A stretch of DNA of 56,662 nucleotides from Verrucomicrobiia bacterium. Its GTDB lineage: Bacteria; Verrucomicrobiota; Verrucomicrobiia; Palsa-1439. The DNA is taken from NCBI GenBank assembly GCA_049515295.1, contig JBEKUF010000003.1, positions 1-56,662 of the forward strand, written 5' to 3'. Position 1 is the first letter of the stretch, and each line of letters begins with the position of its first letter. A program made the translations under genes and the position numbers. The notes beneath the pieces were generated by a model, which was not told the origin of the DNA, searched no databases, and was given only the letters and a program-made list of their open reading frames with translations. Of this stretch, positions 49,612 through 56,217 are shown one piece after another.

Positions 49612-49959
49612 TCAACTGCGAACTTGGGGATGCCGTCGTTGTGCAAAAGCATGCTCTAAGAACCCAATCGAGAACACAACGCCTCCAGCGATACCGCTGC
49701 ACAGCAAGACATCCGAATAAAACCATCCCCCGAATGTCGCCTCCAACCACCAGCGTGCCCAAGTCTGTCCTACAAAGAACGTGACCAGGCAAAACAACAG
49801 CAAGCAAGAACCGACGAGCAACAGAACTGATGATAGGCACCTCTGCTGTCGGAAAAGCGATGCCGACCCATAGACGAGGATGGGAGGTACGAGGGACAAG
49901 AGGAAGAGGGATAGTAAATAAAATGCCAAGCGACCGTTCATCATTGCCACTTCTACCAC
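49612..49959 (-). CDS. hypothetical small membrane protein
   Basis: 115-aa ORF with segments LAFYLLSLFLLSLVPPILVY, VLLLVGSCLLLFCLVTFFV and VLLCSGIAGGVVFSIGFL. Start uncertain. Confidence 0.4.
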   Translation of the reverse strand: MVEVAMMNGRLAFYLLSLFLLSLVPPILVYGSASLFRQQRCLSSVLLLVGSCLLLFCLVTFFVGQTWARWWLEATFGGWFYSDVLLCSGIAGGVVFSIGFLEHAFAQRRHPQVRS

Positions 49960-49982
49960 TGACGCAGGTTGGCTTCAAGTTC

Positions 49983-50014
49983 AGGCGGCAGTCCCGGCGG
50001 CGGGAGGCGGGCGG
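49983..50014 (+). repeat. G-rich co-oriented element, copy G5 (short)
   Basis: aggcggcagtcccggcggcgggaggcgggcgg. Confidence 0.6.
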
Positions 50015-50085
50015 TTGTTCCGCTGGATTGCCTGTGATAAAATGGACGCATGGATGACCGAGACCGGTGAGCGCGATTGCTGAAC

Positions 50086-51318
50086 ATGACGAGACTCACG
50101 ACAAAGGCGGTAATAGGCGCGCTGATGGGACTACTGATCTTGTCTGGCGGTCTCCTGTGGCTGCGCCGGCAACGGCCCTCACAGGCACAAAAGAACCAAC
50201 AGCCAACACAACCTTCGCGAATTGATACGCCCAAAACTGGACGGCCGATCAAGGCGAAACCGGGAACAATCGTGCTCCAAGAAGTGTCTGTATGGGACAC
50301 GAACCAACGATCACAAGTTTCAAGCGTTGGCAGTTACCAGTGTCCGCCCACGCCGAATTGGCCTGTCCAAGCTGCACAGGCCGTTCTCACCACGCCGGCT
50401 CACCAGTTGTTGGCACGATTGACTCAACTCACGTCTAACGTCAACTCCCTCAGCGGCGAGCAAGCTGCTGAGATCAACGACTTGCTGGCAAAACTTGCGG
50501 CGGGCGGCACGGCAGCCATTCCTGCGATCCGACAATTCTTGCAGGACGGTCAGGATTTCAGTTTCGATTCGATCGCCGGTGGCGATCTCGTCAATTACGG
50601 AACGATTCGACTCGGTCTCATTGACGCGCTGCAACAGATTGGCGGCCCCGAAGCGCTGGAACTGGCGGCATCCACTCTCCAAACCACGGCCGATCCTTTT
50701 GAAATCGCCTTTTTGAGCCGTTACCTCGAACAGCAAGCTCCCGGACAGTTTCGCGAACTCGAACTGACCGCTGCCCGCGAGTCGCTCGCCCTGGCTGGAC
50801 AAGTTCCAATCGCAGGTGTGAGCGCACTGTTTGAGCTACTTCAGGCATATGGCGATGAGAACGTCGTTTCCAGCCTGGAGAAAGCCGCGTCACAGTGGAG
50901 TTACTACGCAACCCTTGCGTTGGCGGGACTTCCGAACGGCGCAGGCATCCCAACTCTGATCAAATTGGCGCAAGACCCCGCTGTGAGTGCGATGGGCGCT
51001 GGCGATTTTGCGCTGCGCCCACTCGCGCAAGTGGCGCTGCTATATCCCGATGCAGCGAGCGCGCTTCTCGATGCAGCCCGGCAGAATCAAATCCCCGATA
51101 CAGCTTGGTCAACCGTTGCCGGTGCTCTGGCCGGAAGTTACTTGCAATACGGGAACCAGATTTTCGGCAGCACTTCTCCGGCATTGAATTGGTCGCCGGA
51201 GCAAGTGAGTCAGCAAATTGCACTCATCAACCAGTTGTTGACCGTCACCACGAGTCCCGCCGGTCGACAGGCACTCCAAGAGGCGTCGGCGTCGGTTTCT
51301 AGCAGGCTGACGAAGTGA
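50086..51318 (+). CDS. membrane-anchored protein with HEAT/armadillo-like helical repeats
   Basis: N-terminal TM (AVIGALMGLLILSGGLLWL), then Ala/Leu-rich helical repeats (AIPAIRQFLQDGQD; IDALQQIGGPEALELAASTL; GIPTLIKLAQDPAV). Confidence 0.45.
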   Translation: MTRLTTKAVIGALMGLLILSGGLLWLRRQRPSQAQKNQQPTQPSRIDTPKTGRPIKAKPGTIVLQEVSVWDTNQRSQVSSVGSYQCPPTPNWPVQAAQAVLTTPAHQLLARLTQLTSNVNSLSGEQAAEINDLLAKLAAGGTAAIPAIRQFLQDGQDFSFDSIAGGDLVNYGTIRLGLIDALQQIGGPEALELAASTLQTTADPFEIAFLSRYLEQQAPGQFRELELTAARESLALAGQVPIAGVSALFELLQAYGDENVVSSLEKAASQWSYYATLALAGLPNGAGIPTLIKLAQDPAVSAMGAGDFALRPLAQVALLYPDAASALLDAARQNQIPDTAWSTVAGALAGSYLQYGNQIFGSTSPALNWSPEQVSQQIALINQLLTVTTSPAGRQALQEASASVSSRLTK

Positions 51319-51349
51319 GGGGTCTATCGGTTTGCCATCACGCCGTGAG

Positions 51350-51379
51350 GGCAGGGGGGGGCTTGCGGGCGGGAGGTAG
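51350..51379 (+). repeat. G-rich co-oriented element, copy G6 (short)
   Basis: gagggcagggggggggcttgcgggcgggagg. It is followed by the hairpin CCCCGTCAGG tagtcgccg CCTGACAGGGG. Confidence 0.55.
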
Positions 51380-51456
51380 TCACCTCCAAAACCGGTTCGA
51401 ACTCAGCCCCGTCAGGTAGTCGCCGCCTGACAGGGGCTCACCTGTCAACTCTCTGC

Positions 51457-51768
51457 TCAGCGTTTGAGTCCATCGCGCCAAGCAATCGCTTCGAGTTCGA
51501 CCCGGACTGCGTCCATGACGGGAACCACGGGTCGTGCCTCAAATACAAAAGCAGGGAGGGTCGAGCAGAACTTGTGAACGGTCAACGGATCATCGCAGTC
51601 CACCAACATATACCCACCCCAATCGCCCACTCGCACCACGAACAACTCGATCTTGAAATTGTCGGGCGCCTTCCATTGACGGAAAACCTCCAGTATCCGC
51701 TTCTGGGCATTCTCGTATTCCATTGGCGATCCCTGCGGACGCTCGAACCAACTGATCATATACTTCAT
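51457..51768 (-). CDS. DUF3303-like small protein
   Basis: MKYMISWFERPQGSPMEYENAQKRILEVFRQWKAPDNFKIELFVVRVGDWGGYMLVDCDDPLTVHKF... matches my recollection of the DUF3303 pattern. Confidence 0.55.
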   Translation of the reverse strand: MKYMISWFERPQGSPMEYENAQKRILEVFRQWKAPDNFKIELFVVRVGDWGGYMLVDCDDPLTVHKFCSTLPAFVFEARPVVPVMDAVRVELEAIAWRDGLKR

Positions 51769-51920
51769 CGGTATTCTCCCTGTTTGCTCCGTGCTGCCAT
51801 TTAGGTTTGAGGTATTATCGCGAGACGGACGTTCACCCGATTGCGGAAAACCATCAAGGAGCGCACCTGCCGCGACCCGTGGACAGCAGTATAGAACTGA
51901 ACTGGGGAGATATGCAAGGG

Positions 51921-51990
51921 GGCGAGGATGGGGGTGGGTTTCAGGCAGAACCGGCGGCGGAATGCGGGCGGGGAGGGGCGGACTTGGCAG
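51921..51990 (+). repeat. G-rich co-oriented element, copy G7
   Basis: ggcgaggatgggggtgggtttcaggcagaaccggcggcggaatgcgggcggggaggggcggacttggcag. Confidence 0.75.
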
Positions 51991-51994
51991 GACG

Positions 51995-52249
51995 CTACCG
52001 GCTCCACCTGTTGATGCAACGTGACCGCTGACGTGGAGAACAACCCCGTGTGGCTAATTCGAGGAAGACTTCGTCGATGGTCTTTCGCTTAAAAATAGCA
52101 CGGTCGATAATTTCAGTGTAAACATCATCCTCGACCACGATGCGTTGCGTGGAGCCGTCTTTTTCGTCGGAGCAGGAGATACAGAGCAGTTCCCGTCTTC
52201 GGAGGAGGCGGAAGACATACGTCGAGATTTCCAGCACGTGTCCATTCAT
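51995..52249 (-). CDS. possible small protein (84 aa) with CxxC
   Basis: An internal ATG at 52249 within track ORF 51995..52531 gives MNGHVLEISTYVFRLLRRRELLCISCSDEKDGSTQRIVVEDDVYTEIIDRAIFKRKTIDEVFLE... GGAGAG lies about 15 nt upstream. Weak support. Confidence 0.3.
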   Translation of the reverse strand: MNGHVLEISTYVFRLLRRRELLCISCSDEKDGSTQRIVVEDDVYTEIIDRAIFKRKTIDEVFLELATRGCSPRQRSRCINRWSR

Positions 52250-52258
52250 GAGACCGAA

Positions 52259-52367
52259 CCTCGACTCTCCACGACAACGTAAGCCTGATTGCGGGAATAG
52301 CAAGTGGTGCTGGGGGCGGATTCGGGCGGGAACTGGCGGCGGGATGCGGGCGGGGGCCATGGGGGGA
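52259..52367 (+). repeat. solo copy of the box + G-tail part of the ~185-nt unit (copy G8)
   Basis: cctcgactctcc acgacaacgtaagcctgattgcgggaatagcaagtggtgctggggg cggattcgggcgggaactggcggcgggatgcgggcgggggccatgggggg. Strict G4 motif at 52341-52366. Confidence 0.85.
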
Positions 52368-52683
52368 TTATTCCGTATTTCCCCTCTTCTTGCCCGTTGG
52401 TGTCCCACTGCATGTAGGTGGTTTCCCCGCCAGTTAAAACAGGGTTTCCCCCCACATACAACCCGCCCCGAATCCGCTACTAATATACCGTGGTGTCGCG
52501 TCAATATGCACCTAGTACGCTTCGACGACAAATTTCATTGCGGCCCGGGACTGGTTTTGCTATCCTTAGCCATCCACTTGCTGTCGGCCTTGGTGACAGG
52601 CCGGGTATACGGAAGAGGATGGGGCTAACAACAGCCCGGCCACGCCGCAGGCCTCTGAGCCCCTCCAGAATGCACACGTCACA

Positions 52684-53661
52684 ATGACTGATTCAACATC
52701 ATTGAAAGAGACCGGCACCAAACGCCACCCCATTCTCGTGACGGGGTCGCCGCGGTGCGGCACGACTTGGGTGGGAAAGGTCATTGCCGCATCACCATCG
52801 GTCGGCTACATCGCGGAGCCGTTCAACCTTCTTTGCCGACCGGGACGCTGTGCGGCGCATTTCCCGTACTGGTTCTATTACATTTGTGAGGAGAACGAAG
52901 AACAGTACTTCCATCACATCCAGCGAACCTTGGGGTTTCAGTATCAGGTCTTGGAGGAACTCAAGGTGACCCGCACGCCACGGGACGTGGCGCGGATGGT
53001 GCGCGATTTTTCGCAGTTTCAGTTCTACCGGATTCGGCGTTGTCGTCCGTTGCTGCGTGATCCACAGGCCTTTTTCTCGGCGGAATGGCTGGCCCGGCGG
53101 TTTTCCTGCGACGTGGTGGTTGTGATTCGCCAACCGGCGGCGTTTGTCGCCAGCTTCAAATCGCTGCATTGGGAGCATCCGTTCGACCATTTCCTGAAGC
53201 AACCTCTGCTGATGCGCGATCACCTGTACCCGTTCGAAGATGAGATTCGCAAGTTCGCCGAACGGAAGCAGGCCGTCGTCGATCAGGCCATTTTGCTGTG
53301 GCGGTTGATTCACAGCGTCATCCTCCGCTACCAGAAGACGCACCCCGAATGGACGTTCGCGCGGCACCGCGATGTTTCGATCGACCCGATCGATGAATTC
53401 CGCAGGATTTTCGAGCGAGTGGATTTGCCCTATGGCACCCGCGAAGAGATCCATACGCGCCGCCTTTGCATGGCGGAGCCGAAACAGAAGGGGTACGCTT
53501 GGAATGAAGTCGTCCGCAACTCGGGGCAGAACTTGGATTTGTGGCGGACGCGGCTGACTGGAGATGAAATGCAACGGGTGGGCGAGAAGTGTTTCGACCT
53601 CGCACGCGAGTTCTACGGCGAAGAAGAACTGCATGACATCGGACTCATCCCAAGCGCCTAG
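52684..53661 (+). CDS. sulfotransferase family protein
   Basis: 5'-PSB-like loop (ILVTGSPRCGTTWVGKVI) and 3'-PB-like motif (VVVVIRQPAAFVASF). Confidence 0.7.
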   Translation: MTDSTSLKETGTKRHPILVTGSPRCGTTWVGKVIAASPSVGYIAEPFNLLCRPGRCAAHFPYWFYYICEENEEQYFHHIQRTLGFQYQVLEELKVTRTPRDVARMVRDFSQFQFYRIRRCRPLLRDPQAFFSAEWLARRFSCDVVVVIRQPAAFVASFKSLHWEHPFDHFLKQPLLMRDHLYPFEDEIRKFAERKQAVVDQAILLWRLIHSVILRYQKTHPEWTFARHRDVSIDPIDEFRRIFERVDLPYGTREEIHTRRLCMAEPKQKGYAWNEVVRNSGQNLDLWRTRLTGDEMQRVGEKCFDLAREFYGEEELHDIGLIPSA

Positions 53662-53894
53662 GTGTTCTCTTTTCCCTCCTAGCGGGGACGATGGGAATGC
53701 ACAATAAGACCTTGGTCGTACTGGATTGCTGTCCACGAGCGCCCCGCCCGTTCGTGGATTGAACTGGTATCTGACGAACAGATTCGGGAACTTTATCAAG
53801 AACAATGCAAGGCGGCGCAACATCCCCCCTCCGTCCCACCCTCGGCTCCAAAGCCTCGCTCGAACAATCCCGGTCATACTTGACCCGTTTGTTT

Positions 53895-53957
53895 GCGGGG
53901 GCAACAGCGGCATACGGCGGCGGAACTGGCGGCGGAATGCGGGCGGGGTGGGGGGCG
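53895..53957 (+). repeat. G-rich co-oriented element, copy G9
   Basis: gcgggggcaacagcggcatacggcggcggaactggcggcggaatgcgggcggggtggggggcg. Confidence 0.8.
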
Positions 53958-54441
53958 CTAACGCTGGAAGATGTGCTGATGCGGTTGCGCGTTAACCCAA
54001 CAAGTGTACGCGCTAATTGACAATCACTGAACACCTCTGTTCAACAAGCTGGACAGTCGGTTACCGCCTCTTGAGACGCACTGAAATCGCGTCGTCCCAG
54101 TAATCGGTTGATGCGCCGAACGTTGTGCGCGTACGGAGCTCGCGCCCTCGGCATCATTACTTGTTGGCACACTAACTGCCCTTGAAAAATGCGGAGACCA
54201 CGGCTCTTGTCCGAGCCTGTGGAAAGAAACTGGGATGAGGTCACAAGAATTGGAACAACAAGAGGAGTTGCCGTTCCGCGTCTGGTTGTTGCTGGGTGGC
54301 GGATTCTGGCTTGGATTGGTCGTGTACTTGGCGTTCCAGCTTCAAAGATGAATTTGCCTTCCCAGCGATACTCAGTGCCAATCAACTGGGTGTGAGGATT
54401 GACTGAGAGCGTGCCATAACCTCGGTTCAGTGGGAGAATGT

Positions 54442-54615
54442 ATGAAGAAGCGTCTGCAAAAACTCGTTCACGTGGTAACGAAGAAATCGGGTCAAAGCTT
54501 GGTCGAATACTCATTGATTCTGGCATTAATTGCCGTGGTCGCAATCGTAGTTCTCAGAGGTCTCGGTCACCACATTAACAACACGCTGTCGTCCGTCAAC
54601 GCAAACCTGCCGTGA
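54442..54615 (+). CDS. flp: Flp/Fap-family type IVb pilin, second copy
   Basis: MKKRLQKLVHVVTKKSGQSLVEYSLILALIAVVAIVVLRGLGHHINNTLSSVNANLP; 45/57 residues identical to copy 1 by hand alignment. Confidence 0.85.
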   Translation: MKKRLQKLVHVVTKKSGQSLVEYSLILALIAVVAIVVLRGLGHHINNTLSSVNANLP

Positions 54616-54665
54616 CCTTCGGCTGAGGACAGTTGCCGGCAGACCGACACCCCCACCCGATTCCT

Positions 54666-54840
54666 GGGGGGGCAACGGCGGTGGGGACAAACAAGAGGAG
54701 AGTCGAGTCTCTTCTCTCGCTTTTGAACCCACGAGCCGTTCCCAAGGGTGGGTATTTCTCCCTGAAACAATCTTACTTGACGAGAGGGTCGCTCAACTCT
54801 CCACGGCAACGTAAGCCCAATCGCAGGAACCGCCATGGGG
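54666..54840 (+). repeat. structured repeat unit a (G-run G10, A-rich linker, long hairpin, GTAAGCC box)
   Basis: Hairpin arms GGAGAGTCGAG (54697-54707) and CTCAACTCTCC (54792-54802), with one mismatch. Inner stem ACCCAC/GTGGGT (54727-54732 / 54748-54753). Box ACGGCAACGTAAGCCCAATCGCAGGAAC. Confidence 0.75.
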
Positions 54841-55060
54841 CAAACACCCCATTGTCCGCCGATGACGTGCCGCATAGACTCCGGCTCCATCGGGCTCCTG
54901 ATTGGCAGAGCCCGCAAAAGGTCGGGCATTATTTTGGCAGTGTAGGGATCGACATTCTCTCGCTTCGACATCCCCTGTCGAAGCACCAGCACATTGGGGG
55001 CGTGAACGGAGGCTACACTGCCATTATTATTCAAGTCAGGGAAATGACTGGGGGATAGTT

Positions 55061-55225
55061 TGGGGGGCATCGGCGGGAACAGGCGGGGAAAAAAAGGAGA
55101 GTCGAGGCTCAACTCTACGCAACCCCAGCCGCACCCAATGCGGCTGAACGATCTACCCTGCGAGAGCTTCTCGACTCTCCGCTGCACCGTAAGCCTGATT
55201 GCGGGAATAGCAAGTGGTGCTGGGG
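55061..55225 (+). repeat. structured repeat unit b (G11, hairpin, box)
   Basis: Arms GGAGAGTCGAG (55096-55106) and CTCGACTCTCC (55170-55180), perfect 11 bp. Inner stem AGCCGCA/TGCGGCT (55127-55145). Box GCTGCACCGTAAGCCTGATTGCGGGAATAGCAAGTGGTGCTGGGG. Confidence 0.85.
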
Positions 55226-55243
55226 CGTTTTCGGTTGAGATCA

Positions 55244-55430
55244 GGCGGCGGAGCAGGGCGGCGGGATCCGGCGGTCGGATCGCAACAGGGGAAAAACAAT
55301 CGGAGAGTCGAGGCTCAACTCTCACATGCGTGGACTACCCCCGCCCTTCGGGCGTTGCTGTTGAGAGGGTCGCTCGACTCTCCACTGCAATGTAAGCCGG
55401 ATCGGGGGGAATAGCAACCGGTGCCGGGGG
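55244..55430 (+). repeat. structured repeat unit c (G12, hairpin, box)
   Basis: Arms GGAGAGTCGAG (55302-55312) and CTCGACTCTCC (55373-55383), perfect 11 bp. Inner stem CGCCC ttc GGGCG (55342-55354). Box ACTGCAATGTAAGCCGGATCGGGGGGAATAGCAACCGGTGCCGGGGG. Confidence 0.85.
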
Positions 55431-55492
55431 CGGGTTTTGGGGAGAACTGGCGCCGGAACTGCGGAGCGGGGGCTCTAAAAGGGCGGCGAACA
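55431..55492 (+). repeat. G-rich co-oriented element, copy G13 (terminal)
   Basis: cgggttttggggagaactggcgccggaactgcggagcgggggctctaaaagggcggcg. Confidence 0.7.
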
Positions 55493-55671
55493 ATCCTGAG
55501 TGAAGAAGATACTTGGCGAATTCATTAGGTTTATCAGGGAATGGGGCTTAGGTTGTTGTTGGTCTCAGCGAGCTGTCTCACTCCGACCAAGACCCATAAC
55601 TGTTTAAACCACGCCATGAGTTGAGGGCGGTCGATCAGGCTGCCCCAACGCTCGTGGAAGAAAGTAGAACA

Positions 55672-55977
55672 ATGCTTGTGATGGAACCGGTTTCCGCTTC
55701 AGTCAAAGTCCCTGTACGGATAAAGATAAATTATCTGGAGCCCGCGCAGTTACACATTCCCGGCCCCGAGTTGCTTATCAACGTGGTCAGAAGGCGTGTC
55801 CGCCAACTCGTACAGGGGCATCGCCCTATCACGCAGACGGATGCGCGGATGGATTTCTCCGATATCGCGCTGAAGGAAATTAGCGAGGGCAAGCTCTTCT
55901 ACGAACTCGCCGATGAATCCGAAGCCGTGCCCGAGGCCAGCCAACAGCACGACGGAGTAACGCCAGCGCGTTTTTGA
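55672..55977 (+). CDS. rpoZ: second RNA polymerase omega-subunit paralogue
   Basis: MLVMEPVSASVKVPVRIKINYLEPAQLHIPGPELLINVVRRRVRQLVQGHRPITQTDARMDFSDIALKEISEGKLFYEL...; 58/72 core residues identical to the copy at 26605-26892 by hand alignment. Confidence 0.75.
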   Translation: MLVMEPVSASVKVPVRIKINYLEPAQLHIPGPELLINVVRRRVRQLVQGHRPITQTDARMDFSDIALKEISEGKLFYELADESEAVPEASQQHDGVTPARF

Positions 55978-56217
55978 TTTTCCACCACTTCGCGGGCAAC
56001 ATGCGCGCGGCCTAACGCGTGAGGTCAAAATACTCATCCGTCGGTGCCCGAGATTCGAACAGCCCTACCAAAGCGACCGGCACGGTTGATGACAGGCGTA
56101 AAACGCCGTTTCGATTCAGTGGAAGGTCGTCAGGGAACCCAAGAGCGGCCTGACCAGACGTGAGGCGATATGATCGCGATGCAACGGACGAATCGTACCG
56201 CCGCGCCTTGACCTTCG

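Noticed and set aside
51385-51410. ggttcgaactcagccccgtca resembles the tRNA-Asp 3' end (ggttcgagccccgtca), as a possible att remnant; similarly tcactcacccg at 48036
   Set aside because: The similarity needs a 5-nt gap and covers only about 16 nt, and no integrase is nearby. This is too weak to call an island boundary.
52330-52350. Sigma-54 promoter reading of CTGGCGGCGGGATGC inside the G-rich core
   Set aside because: The GG and GC dinucleotides are one nucleotide closer than in TGGCAC-N5-TTGC, and the spacing of the -24/-12 elements is strict. In addition, the element occurs downstream of as many genes as upstream.
55205-55220. 10-nt identity (AATAGCAAGT) to the anti-repeat part of the Cas9 tracrRNA/sgRNA scaffold within the GTAAGCC box
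   Set aside because: This short match is most likely chance. There is no cas9, no CRISPR array, and no IscB/TnpB-type gene in the window.
54567-55325. 252-aa minus-strand ORF across the structured repeat units
   Set aside because: It reads straight through three copies of the repeat and a G-rich element and has no coding-like periodicity. A short N-terminal-looking piece (MSKRENVDPYTAKIMPDLLRAL, around 54960) is not supported by anything else.
54697-55383. Integron attC sites / CALIN interpretation of the hairpin units and of the one-repeat-per-gene layout
   Set aside because: The outer arms are GGAGAGTCGAG/CTCGACTCTCC, not RYYYAAC...GTTRRRY. The plain G-rich copies (G1-G9) have no complementary C-rich arm and cannot fold like attC. 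No intI is in the window. The cassette-like layout is kept as an observation, but the classical integron identity is not supported.
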